From the human T2T-CHM13v2.0 reference genome, Homo sapiens, in NCBI RefSeq assembly GCF_009914755.1, contig NC_060930.1: a stretch of DNA of 64,000 nucleotides; one strand, 5' to 3'. The notes beneath the pieces were generated by a model. It did not search any database and was not told the origin of the DNA. It saw nothing but the letters and a program-made list of their open reading frames with translations. The position numbers and the translations under genes are program-made. Within the stretch, counting starts at the first letter, position 1. Every line of letters starts with the position of its first letter. Of this stretch, positions 17,233 through 35,003 are shown in pieces.

Positions 17233-17281
17233 ATTATATTTCCGTTTTTCTGAGCTCTTTGAGGGTAAATTACAGGCATAA

Positions 17282-17500
<219 letters not shown>

Positions 17501-19327
17501 TAGCCAGGATGGTCTCGATCTCCTGACCTCGTGATCTGCCTCGGCCTCCCAAAGTGCTGGGATTACAGGTGTGAGCCACTGTGCCCGGCCAATGCTCTTT
17601 ACCTTTAAAAATAAGGACATTCTCTTACATACCCATAGTACAATTTTTGAAATCTGGAAGTCAGCATTGATATAACACTATTAGCCAATTTATAGACCTT
17701 ATTCAGATTTCATCAATTATTCTGATAATATTCCTTATAGGAAAAGAAAATAGTAGATTGTGAGTTTTATTTGATTGTCATGTCTTTTTAGTTTCCTTTA
17801 AAGAATGACTGAGAAATGGTTCCTTATTCTTTTATGACCTTGAAAACCTTGAAAATATTTACGAATATGGGCCATTTATTTTGTATAATGTCCCTCAATT
17901 TGGGTTTGTTTGATGTTTCCTCATAATTCAATATAGGTTATGCATTTTTGCCTGGCATATCCCAGAAATGAAGTATCTTAGCAGAGGCATTTGATGTCAG
18001 TGTGTCCCATAATTGTGGTGTTAACTTTGATCATCTGATTAAGGTAGTGTTGACCCAGTTTTTCCACTGGAGAACTTTTTTCTGAAGTCCATTGTAAAAT
18101 TACTATTTTTCCTTTTGTGATTAATAATTATCTGGGGCAAACCCTTTGAGATTATGTAAATATCCTGTTTATTTTTCAAATGTTAGTCCACTAGTTTTAG
18201 CTTCCATTTATGATTTTTACCTGAATCAATCAGTTATTATTGAGATGGCTGCCCAAAGGCTGATTTTCTTAATTTTTTCTATGTGCATTCATTATGTATC
18301 TATATATTTGTTGGGAACAGTTTTCCCTATTTTTCATTTATATATGTATAGAATAATGTATTAATTTATCACTATAGATTAATGGATGGGTATTTTTATC
18401 AACCAAGATCTGGTAGTAAATGTGTTTACTGCTATTGGATCTGATTTTTTTTTTTTTTTTTTTTTTTGAGATGGAGTCTCGCTCTGTTACAGCCCAGGCT
18501 GGAGTGCAGTGGCATGATCTCGGATCACTGCAATCTCCCCGTCCCGGGTTCAAGCAGTTCTCTGCCTCAGCCTCCCGAGTAGCTGGGATTACAGGTGGCT
18601 GCCACCATGCCCAGCTAATTTTCTTGTATTTTTAGTAGAGATGGAGTTTCACCATCTTAGCCAGACTGGTCTTGAACTCCTGACCTCGTGATCTACCTGC
18701 CTCAGCCTCCCAAAGTGCTGGAATGACAGGCCTGAGCCACCACGCCCAGCCTGATCTGATTATTTTTAATAATGAGAATACTGGCTGGGTGTGGTGGCTT
18801 ATGTATGTCATCCCAGCACTTTGGGAGGCCGAGGTGGGCGGATCACCTGAGGTCGAGAGTTTGAGACCAGCCTGACCAACATGGAGAAACCTCATCTCTA
18901 TTAAAAATACAAAATTAGCCTTTGTATTTTTGTATTTGCTTATATATGCAAAGAATCTATTCCTTCCTTTTTGGAAGGAGTCACAAGAAACTAGTAATAT
19001 TGGTTACCTTTACAGAGTGAAACCTGGATGGTTGGAAATGGGAGTAGGGTGGAGACTTTTCACTTATAAATCTTTTAATTTTTTTACTGAATTAATTAAG
19101 TTAAAAATTCACACACTGGAGGTCTAAAATTACTGAAACACATGATCTGAATGTAAGAATTCTAATCAAACAGTTTACTTAAGTAATACCTGGGCAGATA
19201 GCCAAGATAACTTGGTTATCTTGGTAGATGACAATAGTAGAAAAATTGGTAGAAAGTTGGCAACTTTATTTATATACCATGATGTGTGTACTTTAGTCTT
19301 AATGAATATTTTGTTTTCTTTTGGCAG

Positions 19328-19432
19328 CATGCATATGCGCTAGAACTTCTATTTGATCAGTTGCATGAAGGAGCTAAAGCTCTTGATGTAGGATCTGGAA
19401 GTGGAATCCTTACTGCATGTTTTGCACGTATG
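19328..19432 (+). CDS. PCMT1: PCMT1 exon 4 (105 nt), SAM-binding motif I
   Basis: ggcag|CAT...ATG|gtaaga; [35 protein letters not shown] contains the LDVGSGSG class I methyltransferase motif. Confidence 0.98.
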
Positions 19433-19554
19433 GTAAGAGTTTTATTTCTCACTCTGGCCCCAACAGAAGAATATTATATGATTTGGCTGTATGTTTTTTT
19501 AACTAGTGGTTTTCATGTTTATTTGTTTGTTAATTCTATTAGGATAGCAGTTGG

Positions 19555-19867
19555 AATGAGCATCACTTAGGATTTTGTTGTTGTTGCAAGTGACAGAACA
19601 TGCAACCCAAACTGGCAGAGCTAAAAGGGAGTTTATTTAGTTCATATAACAGAAAAGTCTAGGGGTGTATACGGTCTGTTGTGTGGCTGGATTTAGAAGA
19701 GCAGATGTTGTTATTGACGATAGGGTTCTCTCTGTTTCTTGATTTGGCTTTACTTTCCTCCACATGTTGGTGTCATTATCCGGTAAGCTCTACCCTTGTA
19801 ATCACAAGATGGTGGCCAGTAGCTCCCAAACTACCTTCTTCCAAGTTCTGATTTGGCAGAAAAGAAT
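19555..19867. mobile_element. LTR33-like ERVL LTR fragment (host of the UTR retrocopy)
   Basis: gttgcaagtgacagaa...aacccaaactggc...aaaagggagtttatt resembles the recalled LTR33 consensus. Confidence 0.5.
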
Positions 19868-19883
19868 AGAATAAGCCTGGTTT

Positions 19884-20615
19884 TCTTTTCTTTTTTTTTT
19901 TTTTTTTCTTCTTAAAAACAGAGGTTTTATTGCATTTGGTCCACAGTTGGTATTTCACCTTATCTCATGGTGCAGGGACCCTGGGTAGGGGACTCTCTAC
20001 AGTACTTGGTGGGGCATGTGGCTGGGGGAGACAGAGCAGTATAGCTGGTCAGGCCCAGAAGGGGAGAAGGAAGGCTGGAGGCTCCTTAAAACCTACTGAG
20101 GGACCAGACGCGGTGGCTCACACCTATAATCCCAGCACTTTGGGAGGCTTAGGCAGGCAGATCACATGAGGCCAGGAGTTCGAGACCAGCCTGGCCAACG
20201 TGGTGAAACCCCATCTCTACTAAAAATAGAAAAATTAGCCAGGCATGGTGGAGCACCTGCAGTCCCAGCTATTCAGGAGGCTGAGGCAGGAAAATCCCTT
20301 GAGCCCAGGAGGTGGAGGTGCAGTAAGCCTTGATTGCACCACTGCACTCCAGCCTGGGCAACAACAACAACAACAAAAACCTACTGAGGCACAGTGTGGG
20401 GGGTGGGGTTAGCATGGAGAGGGGGTCAGGCTTAGCCTCAACAACTCAGAATTCTACTTCCTTGTACAGGCCTCAGTTTCCCCACCGGGCCCTGGGACAT
20501 GTCTGAGGGTCCCAGGGAAATCCAGTCACTCAGGAGCCTGAGATATTTAGCATCGTAGCTGGGCCCCATCTCCCAGGGGACTCATTTCCCAGCACCCTCT
20601 CCACTGTCCCTGCCC
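19884..20615 (-). pseudogene. 5'-truncated retrocopy of an mRNA 3' UTR with an embedded Alu (parent possibly CNN2; tentative)
   Basis: Poly(T) about 19884-19907, TTTATT at 19926-19931, GC-rich unique body, TSD AGAAT(A/G)AGCCTGGTTT at 19868-19883 and 20616-20631. Confidence 0.8.
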
Positions 20616-21352
20616 AGAATGAGCCTGGTTTCTAAACATTCCTGCAGATTTACCAGGATGAAGGTAAAACTTCTGCATTAGAAAAAGTGCTCTTAGAAAA
20701 ATAATGCCTTGTTATACTTCTGCCTTTTCTCATCAGAGTCTTATCTGGTCAATGGCTATCCAGAGTATTAACTGGGGACCCACTAATATATGTTGGAGTA
20801 AAGGTTGATCATTGCTTAGATCATCACATCAGTTTGATTTGAGAAATATCGTGCCTGGAGGACAGATTGGAATATTCTGATCTAGTTAAATTGGGAGTTG
20901 TGGATCCACCTTGGACTAGAATCCATGTAACTTGCTATAAATGTATAATCAGCAGACTTACTAGAATGTAAGCTCCAGGGAGTTGGAAATTTTGTCTGCT
21001 CTTTTTTATCATGATGGTATCCTAAACATCTAAAACAATGCCTGGCACATAATAAGGACTCATATTTTCTCAGATGTTTTGCTCATTTTGTAGAGGTTAA
21101 GTCCTCATTAATGGATATCAGTGATTTTTTTTAAGGTTAGAAATGCCATTTAATAAATGACTCATTCTCTATACTTGACATGTTTATAGTTTTAGAGGAT
21201 GTATTCATTTTAAAAAATCATTTGGTTTCTGAGTTATTTTTCATAAAATGGCATTAATGTTTTTCACACATTTACCATGTGTGAAAGTACTTTGTGTTTT
21301 AAGCACTAGAGCCTGTGTTCTAAGTGCTACCCCATTTTTATGATGGGGTTTA

Positions 21353-21791
<439 letters not shown>

Positions 21792-22059
21792 TTAATTTTT
21801 TAAATTTTTATATTTTTTCTTGAAACATTTATACTTAATATTTTAATTTACAAATAAATATGCAAAGAAGGGATTTTTGTTGTTGTTGCTTTTTGTTTGT
21901 TTTCTGAGACAGGGTCTCAGTCTGTCATCCAGGCTGGAGTGCAGTGGCACGATCTCAACTCACTGCAGCCTCTGCCTCCCAGGCTCAAGTGATCCTCACA
22001 CCACATCAGCCTCCTAAGTAGCTGGGACTTAGAAGGCACACGCTACCACACCTGGCTAG

Positions 22060-22206
<147 letters not shown>

Positions 22207-22318
22207 TAAAAGCAGTAGAAACAAGTGTAGAAATTCCTTCCCATCAGGCGGGAGGCAGGGTGTGTGGTGGCTCAGTCCTGTAATCCCAGCACTCTGGGAG
22301 GCCAAGGCGGGCAGATCA

Positions 22319-22564
<246 letters not shown>

Positions 22565-22921
22565 TCAAATTCTTTATGTAACATTTTAATATTTAAAGTT
22601 ATACTTTAGATGGAATTTAAATAAAAAATTATTGTACTACTATTAAATATTGGTAATTTTCTTCAAAGTTCTAGATTTAATCTAAGAAAGATATAATTTT
22701 TCTTAGTATTACAAGTTTTATTCAATGAGAGTGATAGTTGAGAAAGTTGTATATATGGTAAATAATTTATGATAAACTGAGTGTTTAGCAATCTATAGAA
22801 GCCTTAAGCTATTTTTGTTTTCTCTTTGTAGAATATGACTTTTGATAAGGAAAAACTTCAATAATACTTTAGAAAAACAAATTTAGCCCAATGAGCTACT
22901 GAATTGTTTTCTCTTTTCCAG

Positions 22922-23042
22922 GTTGGATGTACTGGAAAAGTCATAGGAATTGATCACATTAAAGAGCTAGTAGATGACTCAATAAATAATGTCAGGAAGG
23001 ACGATCCAACACTTCTGTCTTCAGGGAGAGTACAGCTTGTTG
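22922..23042 (+). CDS. PCMT1: PCMT1 exon 5 (121 nt)
   Basis: ttccag|GTT...GTT G|gtaagt; [40 protein letters not shown]. Confidence 0.98.
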
Positions 23043-23668
23043 GTAAGTATCAGAAAACTTTAAAAATTTCTTCAGAGGATTTTTATTTTCAGAAGATCCA
23101 ATGCAAGCTAAATAATACTCAGAGGTAATTATTGTATTTTTTTTTACAATCACTTTTAAGTACTAAAAAATAAAAACGATTATTTTTGCTCACCTAGTGT
23201 GTATTTTGCAGCCATCTCTTTGTGAGTTTAATTTTGTATTTTCCTATTAACCTCTGAGATTGAATTTTTTGTAATGTGTCTGACCATTAGGATTTTGTCT
23301 TTTGTGAAGTACCTGTTCAGATATTGGATTGCTTGTATTTTTGACTTACAGGGCTTCTAGCCCTTTGTCTATATATATAAATACATTTCTTCTCCCATCT
23401 GAGGTGTGCCTTTTCATCTTATTGGTACCCTTTTGATAATAGAAATTCTTAATTTTAATGTAGTCAGACTTACCAATTTTTTTCAGTGCTTTCTGTGTCC
23501 TTTTTAAGGATACTCTGAGACCATGAAGATATGTCTCTTATTATTTCTTAGAACCTTTATCATTTTTAGCTTTTCATGTTTAGGTTTTTGATCTTCCTGA
23601 TGTTGGTTTTTGTGTATGTGTGAGGTAAAGGTGCAGTTATATGTTTTTGTGTATGAATATCCAGTTGT

Positions 23669-25653
<1,985 letters not shown>

Positions 25654-25785
25654 TGAATATCCAGTTGTCCCAGGATCATTTATTGAAAAATCTATCCTTT
25701 CTCCATTGTAAACCTCCTGTACTAGAATTCTTCACATTAAGTTTGATCTAAACAGGTTTTTAAAGCATAGCTGTTTTTCTTTCAG

Positions 25786-25871
25786 TGGGGGATGGAAGAA
25801 TGGGATATGCTGAAGAAGCCCCTTATGATGCCATTCATGTGGGAGCTGCAGCCCCTGTTGTACCCCAGGCG
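25786..25871 (+). CDS. PCMT1: PCMT1 exon 6 (86 nt)
   Basis: tttcag|TG GGG GAT...CAG GCG|gtgagt; (V)[28 protein letters not shown] (motif II). Confidence 0.97.
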
Positions 25872-26153
25872 GTGAGTCGGGATTTTTTCTGTTTGTGTGT
25901 TTTTATTCAACTAAAACTCTACAAGACTTAAATAGAAAAGACTTCTAGATGATGTTCAAAATATAATTAGACTTTTATATCATACATTTTGGTTACATTT
26001 AGCTGTTACTCTTTTCTTTTTTCATATGCAAACAATTGTATAAATGACATGAAAATTACTAAACCCCAGTTTGTGGCGCTCATATTTGATCCAGGTAAGA
26101 ACTAGGACAACAGTAGAATTGGGAAAATCCCTCTGGAGTTTATGACCTGATAA

Positions 26154-26488
<335 letters not shown>

Positions 26489-26715
26489 TGATGTTTTTTA
26501 AATAGCAGAATATGTAAGGCTGTATTTGGTGTATGGGAGATATGAGAAAGTATTTGCCATACATTATATTCTCACAAAGCTTGTATTCTAGAAGAGATAT
26601 GTCATATATGTAACTGGGAAATTAGCGATATGATAACATATAATTAACACAGGATATCTATTGGAAGGAAAATAAAATATGCATATGAGGGAGAGAATTG
26701 TGCAGTGAGTGGTCA

Positions 26716-27245
<530 letters not shown>

Positions 27246-29595
27246 TTATCTGTTTAAAAAAAAAAAGTAGCTCACGCCTGTAATCCCAGCACTTTGGGAG
27301 GCTAAGGCAGATGAATCACTTGCGCTCAGAAGTTCGAGACCAGCCTGGGCAACATGGCAAAACTCCATCTCTACAAAAAATACAAAAAATTAGATGTGGC
27401 AGGCACTTGTAGTCCCAGCTACTCAAGAGGCTGAGGTGGGAGGATAGCTTGGATTGCGTGAGCCTGACAGGTTGAGGCTGCAGTGAGCCATGCTTGTACT
27501 ACTGCATTCCAGCCTGGGTGACAAAGTGAGACCCTGTCAAAAAAAAAAAAAAAGGTAGATTGAACTGGTGGTTTTAACACATTTTAACTGAAGTATTAAT
27601 ATAATGTAGAAAATTTTACAAGTCATAAACGAACAGCTCAATGAATTTGAACACATGACCAATGGGTTTTTAACTTTTCAAAAAAAATATTGATAACCTA
27701 GAGTGAACAGTTAAAATCTGAAATAGAACTGTGCTTAAATGAGGCGGGTGGGTGCAGGGCCCATTTCTCCCTACTGGGACCCTGAAGTGATCTTGAAAGA
27801 TATTTCTAGATTTAATTAAATTGAATTTAAATATTGTAGTAATACTTGCAAGTATTATAGGGGTATGTATACATCTGATTTAAGATAGATGTACTGAAGG
27901 GGCTTTCCAGTTTTAAGATAGCAGAATGAAGATGTTTATGCCTTCTTTTGGATATCACCCCAAGATAACCAGAAAAACAGAAGCATAAACTCCATACTCA
28001 ATTAACTAGGAGACTATACCTGCAGTCCTGAACTCCACAGTGTGTGAAGATAGAAAGCAGATGGAATAATAGCTGACCCAGGAGGGTAGAGGAAGTAGAA
28101 ACTAAAGAGACTACAGAGTGAAATATTATGCATACGCAGTTTGCTCTGCAAAACTCTGAAAAGGCTTAGGAATTGGTGGCATCAAGACCTTGAAAATCAT
28201 AGGTAAAACATGGGTCTGAAAAGAGGGAATGCTGCTTGAGACTCTGCATGAGGAATAATCAGCACTAATCCCTACGTAAGAAATTTTCTAAAAACTGATG
28301 GACATAATTCTAACACAAAGAATTTTTAAAATAAGAAAAAAGAACAACCATATCATTTATATTCAGAATATTAGGGGATAAAGAGAAGATTCTGAAAGCC
28401 TCTAGAGGCCAGGTGTGGTGGCTCACACTTCTCAGCAGTTTGGGAGGCCAAGGAAGGAGGATCGCTTGAGGATCTGAGTTTGAGACCAGCCTGGGCAACA
28501 TAGCGAGACCCCATCTGTACAAAAAAATTTTAAAATTAGCCAGATGTGGCAGCCTGTGCCTGTAGTCCCAGCTACATGGGAGGCTGAGGTGGGAGGATTG
28601 CTTGAGCCCAGGAAGTTGAGATTTCAGTGAACCATGATTGCACCACTGTATTCCAGCCGAGGTGACAGAGAAAGACCCTGTCTCTAAAAAAAATAAAAGC
28701 TTCTAGAAAAATAAAACAGATCTCCTGTTAAGGACTGGTAATCAGAAAGGCATCAGACTGCAAACAGCATTAGAATTCGTAAGTCAGAGTACCAAACCAT
28801 CAAATTCTGAGTTGCAAATTATTTCCAACCTCGAATTCTGTATGCACACACATCACCAAGATAGTTTTAGGTTTGCAAATCTCCATCTCTTTCTTTTAAT
28901 ACATTCCATGCACTATTTCACAAAATGCTTCTGAAGGAACTTTCTTAAATGATTAAGATGTCTTAAAATGTCTTAAAATTTAATGTATTAAAATGCCATT
29001 TTTGTCATCCAAAAATGAAATGAGGGAAGAGACAGATAGTAGGAAAAACCAAAAGAGGAAACCACATAGGGCATCTTAATCAGGCAGAGGCATGGAAGTT
29101 TGCAGGATTGTTACAAAGGGAAGGGCCTGGATGGAAGCTGTGCAGCAGGCCTGGAGAATAACCAGCTCAGATTTGGAGCAAGAGGAGGAAAGGAAACAAT
29201 GATTGGATACTTCTTGACTCAGCAGCAAATCATAGTTACACAGTCATAACTAGAAATGATTTTAATAAAAAATGATTGGTTGGATTGGGGGAAGGAAGCA
29301 AAATGTAGATTAAGGGAGTTCAATCCTTATCTAGCGTATGTTTTGAAATATAAAGGTAAATACTAGAAGACATAGCTAAAAGGATTTGAAATGACTGGAT
29401 TTAGAGAGCAAGGGTGGGGTAGGGAGAGGAAGTCAGCTGTTTTTCATTATAAGCCTTGAAATTGAGAAAAACAAGAAGATAGACTTGCAGACAACCAAAA
29501 CTTTGATTGAGGGCACCCTTTCCTGAGGTAATAAATATCCAAAGTAAGGTTTCTGGCTGGGCATGGTGGCTCATGCCTGTAATCCCAGTACTTTA

Positions 29596-29902
<307 letters not shown>

Positions 29903-30450
29903 TTAATGTTTTTTATTAATAGTGATGTGTAAAGCTATATGAAAATGGTAACATGATTTAAAAGTTTTCTGACTGTAAGAGCTTCCATTGAGTACTCTTG
30001 GTTCTTCATTGACAGGAGTGTCCTCATTCTAACACTGCAGGGACTCCAGCCCTACCTTCCCTCCTTATGGTACCAGTAAACCTCAATTGAATCGTATAAC
30101 TAGGGTTCCCTTATCCCTTCAGTGATGCCCTAGATTCTACAATAATAGGATAGGGATTCCTTGCTGATTTTCTACACTTCCTCTCCTCCCCTCCTCCTTC
30201 CTTCAAACCCACAAAGATTCAAAACAGGCACACAGGCATTAGAATTCTATGCTCTGCCTTTGGCCCGCCAAGAGGATAGTTCTATATTAGTTGGTTCAGT
30301 TCAAACATTTTGAGCACTACAGTTGTACCAGGTACTGTGTTAGATGCTAAAGACACAAAGATGAATAAGACACAGTCCCCATCCTCAAGAGCTTGTCGTT
30401 TAATAGAGGAGGCTGATAGTTGAGTAATAATATAACAATCAAAGTATGTA

Positions 30451-30814
30451 CAGGGTGAGTATCCCTTCTCCAAAATATTTGGGACCAGAAGTGTTTTGGA
30501 TTTTGGATTTTTTCAGATTTTTTCACATTTTGGAATATTTACATATACATAATGAGATATCTTGGGAATGGGACCAAGTCTAAACATAAAACTCATTTAT
30601 GTTATACCTCTTATACACATAGCGTGAAGGTAATTTTGTATAATATTTCAAATAATTTTGTGCATGGAATAAAGTTGTGATTGCATTTTGACTGTGACTT
30701 GCCACATGAGGTCAGGTGTGAAATTATCTACTTGTGGTGTCATGTTGATGTTCAGAGTTTTGGATTTTGGAGCATTTCCAGTTTCGGGTTTTCAGATTAT
30801 TGATGCTCAACCTG
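30451..30814. mobile_element. Tigger4b (MER46/Zombi-type) element
   Basis: TA|CAGGGTGAGTATC...GATGCTCAACCTG|TA, 364 bp. Confidence 0.85.
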
Positions 30815-30984
30815 TATATACTATGTATTTATTTTTAAGACGGAGTCTCGCTCTGTCACCCAGGCTGGAGTGTGGTGGCATGATCTTGGCTAACTGCAGC
30901 CTCCATCTCTGGGTTCAAGCAATTCTCCTGCCTCAGCCTCCCAAGTAGATAGGACTACAGGCATCTGACACCATGCCTGGCTAA

Positions 30985-31119
<135 letters not shown>

Positions 31120-31183
31120 TAATTTGTATATACTAAATAAAGAACGTTTCTGCTTTCTGCCTATGGACACTAAAAGTTGTTTA

Positions 31184-31749
<566 letters not shown>

Positions 31750-32191
31750 TTTTATCTTCTGCTCTTTCTTCTTCCACACATGCAAGGTGAAAGGGTGTGG
31801 ATTTTAAGACATTAGACTACAAGAGCTGTTTTTGGTTGTCACCTTTATGCTCCTCCATTATAACGTCAGAAATTCATTACATTAAAAATGTGAAAAATGT
31901 TGCATGGTCTGCCCTTATTTTGGTTTAACATATATATCTTTGGGAAAGGGAGGGTGAGACTTGGTTGGCACAAAGGCTTTTTTTTTTGTTTTGTTTTGTT
32001 TTTTTTTAGAGAGACTTTCAGCTTCAATTCAGTACTTTGTAAGGATTTTTTCTTCATTATCAGCCACTCTGTTTTTATGTTTTTAAATTATTTTTATAGC
32101 ACTGGATGGGCATGGAAACAATGAGTTTGGTCTGTAAAAGAGGCCAGGCGGAGTGGCTCATGCCTGTAATCCCAGCACTTTGGGAGGCCTA

Positions 32192-32532
<341 letters not shown>

Positions 32533-33784
32533 TCAGAATACCAGAGAGGACATTCTACCTCTCAGCTTGGTTTATCTGTTTCAACCAAATCATAGATACC
32601 TGACAGCCCATGCCTATTTTTCATTCAGCCTTGTTTAAGAGTCACCTTCTCCCCATTCTATAGAATAGGCCAGCCACTGTTTAAGCTATTCTGGCTAAAT
32701 TCCTAGGAAGAGGCAAGGATTCTACAAGTTACCCAATGAGTGCCCAGGTCTCACAAACCCACCCAGAGGGTCAGCAGCATGCAGCAACTTTCAGCACAGC
32801 ATGGTTTATAAAGAATGTCCACTTTTGTTTTATGTCTCAGCATAATCTGAATATTTTGTTTGAAGCCAAGATTTCTCTTCTCTTTTCCTCCCCTTCCCAC
32901 TCCCTTCCATGAGAGAGAGTGACATCAGTACATAACAGTGCCATTAGCTCAAATTACTTGAAATTAAATGCCAAAACAAGAACGGCTTTACAGTTTCCTT
33001 GTCTTAGCATCTTATTTTTATTTGACATAAAGATTCTTATTTTAAAATAATTAGTTTCTTAATAAGTAAAAGGGGTGATAATAAGTTTAATAGATCTCTC
33101 AATGTTGTTTTTATTCTTCACCAATAGCTATTTTCTGTGAATTATACGTGGAGCACAGCCACTGGAAAAAAAAAAAAAAAAAAAGCATTTTAGTCCAGGC
33201 ATTTTGGGAGGCTGAGGTGAGCCAATCATCTTAAGTCAGGAGTTTGAGACCAGCCTGGCCAACATGGTGAAACCCTGTCTCTACTAAAAACACAAAAATT
33301 AGCTGGGCATGTTGGCTTGCATCTGTAGTCCCAGGCACTCAGGAGGCTGAGGCAGGAGAATTGTTTGAACCCAGGAGGCAGAGGTTGCAGTGAGTCGAGA
33401 TCACACTACTGCCTTCTAGCCTGGGTGACAGAGCGAGACTCTGTCTCAAAAAAAAAAAAAAAAAAAAAAAATTAAAAAGGCATTTAAAAAATTACTGGTT
33501 TTTTCAACTGGAATCAGATGTAGTTATTAACAACTAACTAAAACCTTCCTTCACTTTGCTTCTAGTATGGTTTATACAATTACATAATTGTGAGATTATT
33601 GTAGTATAAAAGGGGCAAATATGTTACTGAAATTACTGAAATTTGATAAGAAGAGTTGATTTTCATTAGCAACTTAGAAATTTTTCTTTTTATATACAAT
33701 AAATATTAGTGTTGAACATCTTGCCTATAATTTATAATTTATAATTATGAAGGAATTATAAAAAGGGAATTTTGTTTTTATGAC

Positions 33785-34593
<809 letters not shown>

Positions 34594-34798
34594 TTATCTT
34601 TAAAAAATATATTTAGAATAATTTTTAAATTTATGGACAATTAGTCATCTGCTAAACATTAAATGTATACCTGCTTTTAGGCTGGGCGCAGTGGCTCACG
34701 CCTGTAATCCCAGCACTTTGGGAGGCCAAGGCGGGCAGATCACAAGGTCAGGAGATCGAGACCATCCTGGGTAACATGGCGAAACCCCGTCTCTCCTA

Positions 34799-35003
<205 letters not shown>

